Below, in pieces: positions 1 through 10,326 of a stretch of 64,000 bases of DNA. The DNA comes from Candidatus Bathyarchaeota archaeon. Lineage in GTDB: Archaea > Thermoproteota > Bathyarchaeia > Bathyarchaeales > DTEX01. Position numbers and translations under genes: made by a program. The stretch spans positions 73,615 to 137,614 of the forward strand of contig JAGTQE010000002.1 in assembly GCA_018396635.1 (NCBI GenBank), given 5' to 3'. The stretch's first letter is position 1. Each line of letters begins with the position of its first letter. The notes under the pieces were generated by a model. That model was given only the letters and a program-made list of their open reading frames with translations, was not told the origin of the DNA and did no database searches.

Positions 1-2
1 GA

Positions 3-1379
3 GTTTACATTGTTGGCATAGTTGGCGCTGAGTCGACATCATATCCGAGGACTGGTAAAAGCAGAGCGTTCACGCTCTACTTAGATGCAAATTATATCGA
101 TGCGGCTGGCAGAGAGCCTGAGACCCTACTTATAAGCCCTGAGGAGGAGGAGCAGATACTTAGGCTTGCCAGGGATCCAAAGATACATGAGAAGATAATT
201 CAATCCATTGCCCCATCAATATACGGCTATGAGCATATTAAGGAGGCAATAATGTACCTCCTCTTCGGAGGCGTGCCGAAGCACCTACCGGACATAAATG
301 TTAGGGGTGATATCCACGTCCTCCTGGTTGGTGATCCAGGGACGGCGAAGTCGCAGCTGCTCCGATATGTTCAGAGGATTGCGCCGAGAGGCCTATATAC
401 GAGCGGTAGGGGGACTACGGCAGCTGGGCTGACGGCAGCTGTTCTGCCATCTCCAACTGGTGGTATGACGCTTGAGGCTGGCGCACTTGTTTTGGCTGAT
501 AAGGGCATAGCATGCATAGACGAGATTGATAAGATGAGGAATGAGGATAGGGTTGCCATACATGAGGCGATGGAGCAGCAGACCGTGTCTGTCGCTAAGG
601 GTGGTATAGTTGCGACGCTGAATGCCCGCACAGCCATCCTTGCCGCAGCAAACCCAGCGCTCGGCAGATATGACCCCTATAGGACTGTTGCTGAGAATAT
701 ATCCCTACCCGTAACGATACTTTCAAGGTTTGACTTAATATTCGTCCTCAGAGATGTCCCAGATAAAGAGTTTGACTCTAGGATGAGCGAGCACATGCTT
801 AAGCTGCATATTAAGGAGGCGCCTCCAACAGAGCCCCCCATACCGCCTGACCTGCTCAGAAAATATATTGCCTACGCCAGGAACAATATTAGGCCTGTTT
901 TAACCCCTGAAGCAATGGAGCGCCTCAAGGAATTTTATTTGGAGATGCGGTCTGCCAGTGAGGGCGAGGGGTCGCCTATAGCCATAACTGCCCGTCAGCT
1001 CGAAGCGCTAGTCAGGATTGCTGAGGCTAGGGCGCGTGCAGCCCTAAGGAATGTTGTTCTGTCTGAGGATGCTGAGGCTGCCATAAATATTATGAGGAAG
1101 TCTCTTGAGGAGGTTGGGATAGACGTATCATCAAAGAAGTTTGACATAGATATTATAATGGTTGGTAAGCCTAGAAGTGTCCAGGATAAACTGCGTGTTA
1201 TCCTTAGTACAATTGTTGATATGGAGAAGGAGAGTGGTATGGTTAATAGGGCTGATCTGCTTGAGAGGCTGAGCAGCGAGTACGGTATAGCTAGAAGTGA
1301 AGCCGAAAAGCTAATACAGCAGATGATACGTGAAGGAACTCTGTATGAGCCTAGGGCCGGATACTTAAAGAAGACTTAG
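3..1379 (+). CDS. mcm: MCM replicative helicase, 5'-truncated by the window edge
   Basis: The frame is open from nt 3, upstream of the listed Met at 252 (..IAPSIYGYEHIKEAIMYLLFGG..). AAA+ motifs are Walker A GDPGTAKS, Walker B CIDEIDKM and SRFDLIF, followed by a C-terminal winged-helix-like tail. Confidence 0.95.
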   Translation, partial: VYIVGIVGAESTSYPRTGKSRAFTLYLDANYIDAAGREPETLLISPEEEEQILRLARDPKIHEKIIQSIAPSIYGYEHIKEAIMYLLFGGVPKHLPDINVRGDIHVLLVGDPGTAKSQLLRYVQRIAPRGLYTSGRGTTAAGLTAAVLPSPTGGMTLEAGALVLADKGIACIDEIDKMRNEDRVAIHEAMEQQTVSVAKGGIVATLNARTAILAAANPALGRYDPYRTVAENISLPVTILSRFDLIFVLRDVPDKEFDSRMSEHMLKLHIKEAPPTEPPIPPDLLRKYIAYARNNIRPVLTPEAMERLKEFYLEMRSASEGEGSPIAITARQLEALVRIAEARARAALRNVVLSEDAEAAINIMRKSLEEVGIDVSSKKFDIDIIMVGKPRSVQDKLRVILSTIVDMEKESGMVNRADLLERLSSEYGIARSEAEKLIQQMIREGTLYEPRAGYLKKT

Positions 1380-1396
1380 CGGTAAAGGTTTCAGCC

Positions 1397-3643
1397 TTGC
1401 TGATTGAAGAGTTAAATATTCATCCGGATGTTAAGAGGGTTCTCATAGAGGAGGGTATAAGGGAGCTATTCCCACCCCAGGTCGAGGCGATAAGGGCTGG
1501 TGCGCTTGAGGGGAAGAACCTTCTCCTAGCCAGCCCGACAGCCTCAGGTAAAACTCTGGTTGCTGAGCTATGTGCACTAAAGCATATTCTGGAGAATGGT
1601 GGTAAGGTTCTATATTTAGCGCCGCTTAAGGCTTTGGCGAACGAGAAGTATGAGGAATTTAAGAAGTATAGCGTTATACGTAAGCCCGATGGCAGATACG
1701 TGAGCGTAGGCATAAGCACAGGCGACTTTGATAGTAGCGACCCATGGCTTGGGAGATTCGACATCATTGTGACGACAAACGAGAAGTGTGATTCGCTTTT
1801 GAGGCATAGGGCTCCATGGATGAGCGAAATAACTCTTATAGTTGCAGATGAGGTTCACCTACTCAATGATGTTGAGCGGGGCCCTACGCTTGAAGTTGTC
1901 TTGGCTAGGCTTATGCAGTTAAATCCAAACATTCAGGTGCTGGCTTTAAGCGCAACGGTGAAGAACTCGGATGAGATAGCGGAGTGGCTTAGGGCCGAGG
2001 CCATAACGACTGAGTGGAGGCCGGTTAAGCTCCGTGAGGGTGTCCTGCTGGACGATGAGATACAGTTTAAGGATGGGGGTTCAACTAGGGTGAACCGCCT
2101 AGTTAAAGATCCATCAATAAATCTTGCGCTACACGCTGTTAGGCATGGTGGGCAGGTCCTTATATTCGCGTCTTCTAGGAAGAACGCTGTAAGCCTGTCT
2201 AGGAAGGCTGCCCCTGAGGTGGGCGCCCTGCTTCCTAAGTCGCTTAAGCGCTCGCTGGACAATATAGCCGAGGAGATCCTATCGTCTGGAGAGAGGACTA
2301 GGTTGAGCGACCTTCTAGCCGAGCTTGTTAGGAATGGGGTTGCATTTCATCACGCCGGCTTATCGGGGGTACATAGGAAAATCATTGAGGATTCTTTTCG
2401 TGATGGAAAGATTAAGGTTTTGACGGCTACTCCAACATTGGCTTTCGGCGTTAATCTGCCGGCTAGAATGGTGGTTATAAGCGATTATAGGCGATATGAG
2501 CCGGGCTACGGCTACTACCCCATATCCGTCTTAGAGTATAAGCAGATGGTTGGGCGCGCTGGCAGACCTAAATATGATGATGTTGGCGAGGCGGTTCTTG
2601 TGGCTAGAACCGAGGAGGAGCGCGACTATCTAATGGAGGGCTTTGTTTTAGCTAAGCCTGAGCGGATATGGTCTAAGCTTGGCGTTGAGCGGGTTTTGAG
2701 GAGCCATGTTTTGGCTACGATAGCGTCCGAGTTCGCCTACTCGGAGCAGGGCGTATATGACTTCTTCTCTAAAACTCTTTACGCCTACCAATATGATATT
2801 GGCGCGATTAAGGGCACGATAAATAGGATCCTAAAGTTCCTCTACGATGAAGGCATGATAGAGTATGAGGGCGGCTTCATCCGCGCAACCGAGTTCGGCG
2901 CAAGGGTCTCGCAGCTATATATTGACCCGGTTTCAGCCATAATAATCCGCGACGCGCTTAAGGGGAGGGCGCCGAAGCTAGCGGACATTAGCTTCCTCCA
3001 CATGATATCGCGTACGCCTGATATGGCTCCCAGGCTTAGGCCGGCTTCTAGCGAGATCGATAAGATCGCGCTCTTCGTTGAGGAGCATAGGGATGAATTC
3101 ATGTTCGATGTTCCGGACGAGTGGGCTGATCGAATAGAGTTCGAGGAGTTTCTGGGCGAGGTTAAAACAGCCCTAGTCTTAAATGCTTGGATAGAGGAGT
3201 ACAGCGAGGATCAGATAATTGAGTTTTTCGGGGTTGAGCCCGGAGACCTCTACCATTTAACCGAGACCGCTAAATGGCTCCTCTACGCATCATATGAGCT
3301 GGCGAAGCTGCTCGGCCATAGGGATCTACTCTCTAAGCTGGCTGAGCTGATGGAGCGCGTTGAGCATGGCGTGAGAGCCGAGCTGCTTCCGCTGGTTAGG
3401 CTTGAGGGCGTAGGCCGGGTTAGGGCGCGCATACTTTACAATGCTGGGCTGAGAACAATCGAAGATCTTAGAAAGGCATCTGTAGAGAATCTTATGTCGC
3501 TGCCGTACATAGGCCCAAAGATAGCGAAGAAGATAAAGGAGCAGGTTGGCGGAACACTAACGCAGGAAGAGTGGCGGAAGCTGACCCAAGCGGCTAGTAG
3601 GCAGGAGCAGCAGCCGCTGACAGAGTATTATGGCAAAAGCTAG
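1397..3643 (+). CDS. hel308: Hel308/Hjm (Ski2-like) DNA repair helicase
   Basis: SF2 motifs are present: ASPTASGKT, DEVH, SAT, TPTLAFGVNLPA and QMVGRAGRP. There is a C-terminal HhH-like LPYIGPKIAKKI. TTG start lies 17 nt after the mcm stop. Confidence 0.9.
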   Translation: MLIEELNIHPDVKRVLIEEGIRELFPPQVEAIRAGALEGKNLLLASPTASGKTLVAELCALKHILENGGKVLYLAPLKALANEKYEEFKKYSVIRKPDGRYVSVGISTGDFDSSDPWLGRFDIIVTTNEKCDSLLRHRAPWMSEITLIVADEVHLLNDVERGPTLEVVLARLMQLNPNIQVLALSATVKNSDEIAEWLRAEAITTEWRPVKLREGVLLDDEIQFKDGGSTRVNRLVKDPSINLALHAVRHGGQVLIFASSRKNAVSLSRKAAPEVGALLPKSLKRSLDNIAEEILSSGERTRLSDLLAELVRNGVAFHHAGLSGVHRKIIEDSFRDGKIKVLTATPTLAFGVNLPARMVVISDYRRYEPGYGYYPISVLEYKQMVGRAGRPKYDDVGEAVLVARTEEERDYLMEGFVLAKPERIWSKLGVERVLRSHVLATIASEFAYSEQGVYDFFSKTLYAYQYDIGAIKGTINRILKFLYDEGMIEYEGGFIRATEFGARVSQLYIDPVSAIIIRDALKGRAPKLADISFLHMISRTPDMAPRLRPASSEIDKIALFVEEHRDEFMFDVPDEWADRIEFEEFLGEVKTALVLNAWIEEYSEDQIIEFFGVEPGDLYHLTETAKWLLYASYELAKLLGHRDLLSKLAELMERVEHGVRAELLPLVRLEGVGRVRARILYNAGLRTIEDLRKASVENLMSLPYIGPKIAKKIKEQVGGTLTQEEWRKLTQAASRQEQQPLTEYYGKS

Positions 3644-3722
3644 GTGACATTGTGTAAGGTTTTTGTGGTGGCTCTCTAAGTTAAGCAGAGATAAAAAAAG
3701 GAAAAAGGAGAGGAAGGAATAT

Positions 3723-6305
3723 TTAGTGTCTCTTTGTTTTCAATAGCAGTTTTGTTGAAGCTAAGATTGTTGCGGCGAGAATAATGACGATGATGGGTTC
3801 GGTTATTATTGTTGTTTCCGGAGCGTTAAAACTTGAGCTAACGATTATTTCGCCGCCTACCGGAATCTTCTCTACTACTGTTACTGGTGTTTCGGTGGTG
3901 CATGTGTTATCATTGGTATCTATCTCGCCATTTACGGGTAATGCTCGAACCTCAATCCAGTATGTTCCGGGATCCACGCCGCTGGTGTCCCAAATAAACT
4001 CTAATGTCGCTTCCTTTCCTGATTCCAAGGTCATTGTTTGGTCGGAGCCTATTTGTATGGGTGATATGGTCGGTGTTCCATAGTAGCATCTTACTGTGAA
4101 TGTCTCGGTTTCGCTTCCATCGTTTCTTATAACTGCTGTAATTTTCACTATCCCCCCTCTTATTACGCTAGTCACATCGGTGCTTTGGCTTACAGCCACA
4201 ATGTCGTGAACCTGAACCTTTATTGTAGTCGCTGCTGTGCAGTTATTGTTTTCTTCATAGGTTTCAAGCAATTCCCTGCTAGAATCGGCCATGGCGCGAA
4301 TATAATAGGTTCCCGGCGGAACTCCACTCGTGTCCCACGCAAACCTTATGGTGGTTTCTTCATTTTTTCCAAGGCTGTAGACTCTGATTGTGTGTATTGG
4401 CTCTATTTTCATCCATGTTGTTTGGTCTGGGCTATAGAAGAGCGTTACATTGAATGTTTCAGCAGAATAGTTTCCGCTATTCTTTACAACCACGTCTATT
4501 CCAACGGTCTCCCCCTGAATCACGGTATCCTTCGCTGGGGTCTGGCTGATAGCCTCAACATCTCTAGTATACGCATAAACCGTAACATCAAGATCGGCAG
4601 TATCTGATACAGTTGCATTCTCCTCGGTTCTGCCGACGGCTGTAAGGTCCTGACCACGATTAAGTATAAAGATTCCAGATTTATTGGGTGTTAATGTAAC
4701 GCTAAATGTCAGTGTAGCGCTTTCAGATGAGTTAAGGCTTGTTATGTTCCAAACTATTACCGGTCTCCCATCGACGGTTCTATATTGGGCGGTCCCGTTG
4801 CTTGGGGTTCCGAGACTTATATATGTCACTCCTTCATAGATGTAGTCTGTCACGTTAATGTTCACCAGTTCGACGTTTCCGGTGTTTACTACGAGGATCT
4901 CTATCTCATATGTGGTGCTATAGCCTACTATGGCTGGATCTGGTCCATCAACCACTCTAACAAGGTCTTTCTCAACAGATATGCTTGGAGCCTGAGCCGG
5001 AGCCACCGTAACGATGGTGGTGGCAGTGCAGTTATTATTCTCCTCATTAAATTCGCTTATACTTCTAGATGAGTCCGCGAAGGCTTTTATAAAGTATGTT
5101 TCAGGAGATACTCCAGCAGTGTTCCAGTCAAAGCTTACTGTTGTTTCGCTGCCTGGATCTAAGCTGTTGACGGTTTTTGTATCTATTGGAGTATTATCGT
5201 AGTATACTGTTACGTTGAATGTCTCGGTATAGTTGCCAAAGTTTTTGACTACAACATCGATCCTAACCCATCCACCCTGCTCTACGGTGGTTACATTCGT
5301 GGTCTGACTTATTGCGGCGACATCATGAACTTTCACGGTTACAGTAGCCTGAGCCGTACACCAATTGTTCTCCTCATTTATCTCCGCTATCTCGCCAGCA
5401 GAATCCGCAAACGCTCTTATTATATAAGTTCCGGGCTCAACGCCAGCAGTGGGGCAATCAAACTCCACAAGGGTTGTTGCCCCAGCAGCCAAATTCTCCA
5501 CTCTTTTAGCGCAAGTCACTTTCGGCCCAAAGTAGACTGTTACATCAAAGGACTCACTGCAAGTCCCATTATTCCTCACCTCAACAGACACTTTTACTGT
5601 TTCACCTTGCTCTACTTCGGTTGCATTGGCCTGTTGGCTTACGGCAACTATGTCGTGGACTACTATCCCCCTCTCTTCGTCTGGATGGTCTGTTGTTGGG
5701 GCCTGATTTAGATTGGGGTTCTCTTGGTCAGTTGCCCACATCAACCCATAAGAACGTGGATTACCTAGAGAAGTCCAATTCACCATCATATCTATGTAAT
5801 TGCCACTTATTCTGAAGTCCGCAATCGTCGGATCGGTTACCTTATAGTTCCTGTAGTCATATTGTTGCCCGGGGCCATACTCATCAAATTTTCCATCACC
5901 CTCAATATCCTCTAATAGATAGATTTCACCAATTCCATCATCATCTGTATCTTCTACAAACAGCAGATAGCTTGCGCCAATAATATTTCCTCCACTCATG
6001 TAGAGCGGCATTGTGGTGTTAATGAACCACTTATAACGAGCATCACTCACCTTCGTGTCAACCTTCCACTCAGAGCCCGGCACTCCATAACATTTTAGTC
6101 TCAAGTACAAGTAGTCTTCATCGTAATAATAGTACGCTTCCTCCACATTTCTCCAATCATCTTGCAATCCATTCTCCTTCTTATCCCAATCAATATAAAT
6201 CCAATCTGAATCGGAGGGCCATGCGCCTGCAACATTAGACATCAGCGCAACGCCAATTAACGATATAAGAGCAGCTGCAGCAAAAACAAGATGTTTTCTT
6301 GACAT
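3723..6305 (-). CDS. Large secreted, membrane-anchored surface protein with four CARDB-like repeats and a central DUF11-like domain
   Basis: N-terminal signal peptide (MSRKHLVFAAAALISLIGVALMSNVAGA). Four ~110-aa repeats each end in an (E/D)xNNxCT motif (NEENNWCTA, NEENNNCTA, YEENNNCTA, DTNDNTCT). There is a C-terminal TM helix plus basic tail (IIVIILAATILASTKLLLKTKRH) and about 17 N-x-S/T sequons by my count. Confidence 0.8.
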   Translation of the reverse strand: MSRKHLVFAAAALISLIGVALMSNVAGAWPSDSDWIYIDWDKKENGLQDDWRNVEEAYYYYDEDYLYLRLKCYGVPGSEWKVDTKVSDARYKWFINTTMPLYMSGGNIIGASYLLFVEDTDDDGIGEIYLLEDIEGDGKFDEYGPGQQYDYRNYKVTDPTIADFRISGNYIDMMVNWTSLGNPRSYGLMWATDQENPNLNQAPTTDHPDEERGIVVHDIVAVSQQANATEVEQGETVKVSVEVRNNGTCSESFDVTVYFGPKVTCAKRVENLAAGATTLVEFDCPTAGVEPGTYIIRAFADSAGEIAEINEENNWCTAQATVTVKVHDVAAISQTTNVTTVEQGGWVRIDVVVKNFGNYTETFNVTVYYDNTPIDTKTVNSLDPGSETTVSFDWNTAGVSPETYFIKAFADSSRSISEFNEENNNCTATTIVTVAPAQAPSISVEKDLVRVVDGPDPAIVGYSTTYEIEILVVNTGNVELVNINVTDYIYEGVTYISLGTPSNGTAQYRTVDGRPVIVWNITSLNSSESATLTFSVTLTPNKSGIFILNRGQDLTAVGRTEENATVSDTADLDVTVYAYTRDVEAISQTPAKDTVIQGETVGIDVVVKNSGNYSAETFNVTLFYSPDQTTWMKIEPIHTIRVYSLGKNEETTIRFAWDTSGVPPGTYYIRAMADSSRELLETYEENNNCTAATTIKVQVHDIVAVSQSTDVTSVIRGGIVKITAVIRNDGSETETFTVRCYYGTPTISPIQIGSDQTMTLESGKEATLEFIWDTSGVDPGTYWIEVRALPVNGEIDTNDNTCTTETPVTVVEKIPVGGEIIVSSSFNAPETTIITEPIIVIILAATILASTKLLLKTKRH

Positions 6306-6526
6306 ATATATCTTCCTTATACGATATTTACAATAAAAGTTTGCTGTTCTTTCTTAAATATTTTATTCAGTTTCACCCTTTTAATCTACACTAAATCATT
6401 TGGCTTAAGTGCCCTATAATATGATCTGGCAAATCACGTGGCTGTAAATTGCTCAGAGTAAAGGGTAAATTTATGTTTTTCAAGACTAAATTACTATTTT
6501 AGCCCGCATACGGAGGCTGATTAAGA

Positions 6527-6799
6527 TTGCTGTCTGATCTGTTTGGCATCGTCGTTAATTATAGGTTAGGGCCTAGAGAGCAGTATCCGCGCGAATGCAT
6601 ACTACGCTTTCCAAACATTAAGTCGCGTAGCGAGACGGGCCAGCTGATTGGTCGAAAGGTTGCTTGGACCGATGGAAAAAAGAATACTATCGTCGGCGTT
6701 ATTGTCGCCCCTCATGGAAATAAGGGGCTTGTGAGGGCTAGGTTTAGGAGGGGGCTGCCCGGCCAAGCCTTAGGGACGCTGGTGAAAATAGTTGGATAG
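6527..6799 (+). CDS. rpl35ae: 50S ribosomal protein L35Ae
   Basis: The 90-aa ORF contains GRKVAWTDGKKNTIVGVIVAPHGNKGLVRARFRRGLPGQALG, which is the L35Ae family pattern. Confidence 0.85.
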   Translation: MLSDLFGIVVNYRLGPREQYPRECILRFPNIKSRSETGQLIGRKVAWTDGKKNTIVGVIVAPHGNKGLVRARFRRGLPGQALGTLVKIVG

Positions 6800-6897
6800 C
6801 TGGTGCCTCAGCCTCCGCTAAACGGTTCTCATCTTTCCAAAAACGTTATCTTTCTTAGATAAATAGTTCATTTAATAATGTCGTTGAGTGTGGTACT

Positions 6898-7893
6898 TTG
6901 GAGACCCTTATTTTAAGTGACCATGAGGTTAGGGAGCTTATTTCAATGAGGGATGTTATGGATGCTGTTGAGCTGGCTTTTAGGGAGAAGGGGCTCGGAA
7001 GGGTTCAGATGCCGCCTAAAATATACCTCTTCTTCAGCAGGTATAATGGCGATTTGAGGGCTATGCCATCCTACCTTGAGGAGATGAATATATCTGCCGT
7101 TAAGGTGGTTAATGTCCACCCAGATAATAGGGAGAGGTATGGGCTGCCGACAATTATGGCTGTGATAATCCTTGTAGATCCTAGAAACGGCTTCCCACTA
7201 GCCATCATGGGTGGAACAACTATAACAAATATGCGCACTGGGGCTGCCGGGGGAATAGCGGCTAAGCATCTCGCGAGGAGAGATTCAAGGGTTGTTGGGT
7301 TGGTTGGGGCAGGGGTTCAGGCTAGAACTCAGCTTATGGCCCTCCTAGAGGTCTTCGGCTCCCTCGATGAGGTTAGGGTTTGGAGTAGGAGTGATGAAAC
7401 TAAGATGAGATTTATAGACGAGGCTTCCGCCATATATGGGCGCATGTGTAGATTCGTAGCTGCTAGCAGCGTTGAGGATGCTGTTAAAGGAGCAGACATA
7501 ATAGTGACAACGACGCCATCCAGAGCTCCGCTAGTCATGAACGATTGGATTAAGCCCGGAGTCCACATTAATTGTATAGGTGCGGATGCCCCCGGCAAAG
7601 AGGAGCTGGATCCAGCCATACTTAAGAGGGCTAAGATAGTTGTCGATGACTGGGAGCAAGCATCGCATAGCGGGGAGATAAATGTTCCCTTAAAAATGGG
7701 GTTAATCTCAAGAAGCGATATTTGGGCTGAGATGGGGGAGATAGTTGCCGGCATAAAGCCCGGGAGAGTTGGCGACAACGAGATAACCGTTTTCGTCTCA
7801 ACTGGATTGGCAATACAGGATGCTGTTACAGCAAACCTAGTTTATAAGAGGGCTTTGGAGAGAGGCGTCGGGAGGAGGATCAGCATAGTGTAG
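6898..7893 (+). CDS. Ornithine cyclodeaminase/mu-crystallin family enzyme (archaeal alanine dehydrogenase-like)
   Basis: Has the Rossmann motif GLVGAGVQA and the OCD-family pattern (RAMPSYL, VKVVNVHPDN, TGAAGG). Length is 331 aa. Confidence 0.8.
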   Translation: METLILSDHEVRELISMRDVMDAVELAFREKGLGRVQMPPKIYLFFSRYNGDLRAMPSYLEEMNISAVKVVNVHPDNRERYGLPTIMAVIILVDPRNGFPLAIMGGTTITNMRTGAAGGIAAKHLARRDSRVVGLVGAGVQARTQLMALLEVFGSLDEVRVWSRSDETKMRFIDEASAIYGRMCRFVAASSVEDAVKGADIIVTTTPSRAPLVMNDWIKPGVHINCIGADAPGKEELDPAILKRAKIVVDDWEQASHSGEINVPLKMGLISRSDIWAEMGEIVAGIKPGRVGDNEITVFVSTGLAIQDAVTANLVYKRALERGVGRRISIV

Positions 7894-8479
7894 TGGGCTG
7901 ATCCACATAGAGCGTCTTCATTATACCCCTAGCCAGCAGCCTTGCGATTCTAAGGGGTTCTGGCACAGCCCCATGTATCGTGAACTTGTTAAGTATTCCC
8001 TTAGCATCCTCCAAGCTCATACCATAAAATCTAATGTAAACTTCGTGTCCGGTGTGGAGTTTAACTGTGGTTCTGGGGCCATTTTTATGGTAGATTTCTA
8101 TGCGCTTCTCAGAGTCTTCTGGAAATAGTTCTAGGAAGTATTTGTCTAGGCCCTCAGACTCCTCGTATGTTACGCATATGAGCGGCTTGGCTGTCTCCTC
8201 ATAAACCCTCTGCAGATCAATGACGTTATACCAGCTTATTACGCAGCCGTTGAGCATTAAAATGTTGATATCATCCCTCTTAAGGGCTTTATACATGCCT
8301 ATAATCTTCTCGGTTGCATCCATCCCGCCCACAGTTGCCCTTGAGAACGTGAATCCATCTATTATCCCATCGCATCTTAAAACTACTCCGGCGAGGATGG
8401 ATTTATCGCTCAGCCCCTTAACAAAGCTCTCCGATACTCCAAGGGCGCGGAAGGCTCTCTTATGTATGTGGAGGCGCAA
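7880..8479 (-). CDS. DUF99/UPF0215 family protein (endonuclease V-like fold)
   Basis: The N-terminus (RALGVSESF, then AGVVLRCDGIIDGF) resembles archaeal UPF0215 proteins as I remember them. It overlaps the convergent upstream gene by 14 nt. Confidence 0.65.
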   Translation of the reverse strand: MRLHIHKRAFRALGVSESFVKGLSDKSILAGVVLRCDGIIDGFTFSRATVGGMDATEKIIGMYKALKRDDINILMLNGCVISWYNVIDLQRVYEETAKPLICVTYEESEGLDKYFLELFPEDSEKRIEIYHKNGPRTTVKLHTGHEVYIRFYGMSLEDAKGILNKFTIHGAVPEPLRIARLLARGIMKTLYVDQPTTLC

Positions 8480-8539
8480 AACAGCATCCCCTAATCCAAA
8501 ACATACTATATGGCGCCACTATTAAAGGAATTCTAAAGT

Positions 8540-10279
8540 CTACTGCTCAACGAATATATCCACAGCCTTAAGTTTCTCCGCGTCAATAAGCCCATAATCA
8601 GTTATTTTGAGCTTCGGGACAACTGGGAGGGAGAGGAATGATAGGGCCATGAAAGGGCTCTTGGTCTTGCAGCCGAGGTTTGAGGCTGCCCTCTCTAAGT
8701 TTTCAGTCTTCTGGGCTATCTCTTCTGCCTCTAAGTCGGCCATCAGCCCGGCTATTGGGAGCGGTAGCTCTGCAGCAACTTTGCCACCATCAACTATCAC
8801 GAAGCCTCCATTAATCTCCCTGAGCCTTAAAATCGACCTATAAATGTCATTGTCGTTGACCCCCACAGCGATAATGTTGTGTGAGTCGTGGGCAACTGTT
8901 GAGGCGATGGCTCCCCTCCTTAGCATGAATCCCCTCACAAACCCCTTACCAATTCTACCAGAGCTCTTGTGCCTCTCAACTACGCATATCTTTAATATGT
9001 CTCTTTCCGGGTCTTGCTTAACCTCCCAATTAGAGACTTCCATCTCACAGTGCTCTTCCTCAGTATATATCTGGCCCTCAACTAGGCCTATCACCCTAAC
9101 AATGGCTCTGCCGTGCTTAATCTTTGGATGATTTATGCGTAGGTCCTCGACTTTAAGCTCCCCGATATTAATTGAGCCTAGAGGCGTTGTCCGCTTTTCC
9201 ATATGTTCAGCGTATAAATATGAGCCGTCCTTAGACACTATCGTGCCGTCAATTAAGACAAGTTTCGCCCTAAACTCCCTCAAATTATTCACTATGACGA
9301 TGTCCGCTGATTTCCCTGGAGATATTGCTCCCAAATCCTGTAGTCTAAAGTATTCTGCTGGCTTAATTGTGACCATTTTAACCGCGTCTATTGGATCTAT
9401 GCCTTCCTCAACAGCCCTCCTAAGGCAGTGATCTATATGCCCCTCGCGGATTATGTCTCCCGCATGCCTATCGTCCGTTACCAGCATAACCCTCCCGGGG
9501 CATCCCCTTGAGACTATTCCCGCCAGATTCGATAGGGCTTTAGTGGTTGAGCCCTCACGTATCATTATCCACATTCCAAGGCCGATCTTCTCCCTAGCCT
9601 CATCCGGGCTTAAAGCCTCATGGTCTGACCTGATCCCGGCGAGTATATATGCGCATAAGCTGTCTCCCCTCAATCCAGGTGCATGACCGTCTATAACCAT
9701 GCCCTTACAGGCATATATCTTCTCTAGGATCTTCTTATCTGCCCTCACAACGCCTACATAGTTCATGACCTCGCCTAAACCTAGTATGGGTCTGAAGCCC
9801 TTTAGCGCATTTATTTCATCTAAGCCTATTTTGGCTCCAGAGGTCTCAAGGTCTGTTGAAGGGACTGATGATGGTATCATGAAGTAGGCCTTTAGGGGCG
9901 TCTTCTCGGAGCTTTCAATCATAAATTTTATGCCGTCTAAGCCCAGAACGTTGGCTATTTCATGTGGATCTGCGATGACGCAGCATGTGCCATGGGGTAT
10001 TACTGCTCTAGCGAACATTCTCGGGGTCATGAGCGAGCTCTCAATGTGGATGTGCCCATCAATGTATGCTGGCAGAATATATTCTGATGGATACTCCAGC
10101 CTCTCCCTAGAAGGCTTTGGGTTAACGCCAACATACGCTATGATGCCTCTCTTAACGCCGACATAGCCCTTGAAGACCTCACCGCTATAAACGTTAACTA
10201 TCTGGCCATAGATCAGCAGGTCTAGAGGTTTACGCCCCAGGCAAGAGTCTATAAGGTCTTCAATCATGATCTCAGCCAT
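8540..10279 (-). CDS. ade: Adenine deaminase
   Basis: Amidohydrolase metal site YIDGHIHIESS, plus DGHAPG and VTDDRH. The 579-aa length is typical of Ade. Confidence 0.85.
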   Translation of the reverse strand: MAEIMIEDLIDSCLGRKPLDLLIYGQIVNVYSGEVFKGYVGVKRGIIAYVGVNPKPSRERLEYPSEYILPAYIDGHIHIESSLMTPRMFARAVIPHGTCCVIADPHEIANVLGLDGIKFMIESSEKTPLKAYFMIPSSVPSTDLETSGAKIGLDEINALKGFRPILGLGEVMNYVGVVRADKKILEKIYACKGMVIDGHAPGLRGDSLCAYILAGIRSDHEALSPDEAREKIGLGMWIMIREGSTTKALSNLAGIVSRGCPGRVMLVTDDRHAGDIIREGHIDHCLRRAVEEGIDPIDAVKMVTIKPAEYFRLQDLGAISPGKSADIVIVNNLREFRAKLVLIDGTIVSKDGSYLYAEHMEKRTTPLGSINIGELKVEDLRINHPKIKHGRAIVRVIGLVEGQIYTEEEHCEMEVSNWEVKQDPERDILKICVVERHKSSGRIGKGFVRGFMLRRGAIASTVAHDSHNIIAVGVNDNDIYRSILRLREINGGFVIVDGGKVAAELPLPIAGLMADLEAEEIAQKTENLERAASNLGCKTKSPFMALSFLSLPVVPKLKITDYGLIDAEKLKAVDIFVEQ

Positions 10280-10326
10280 AACCGCGAAAACGATTTGCGT
10301 GGAGAAATGCTGATTCTTCTCACCAC

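Noticed and set aside
3876-5657. ~330-bp periodicity that could at first glance suggest a repeat array
   Set aside because: The periodicity is at the protein level (four diverged CARDB-like domains inside one continuous ORF). There are no short identical direct repeats with unique spacers, so it is not a CRISPR or satellite array.
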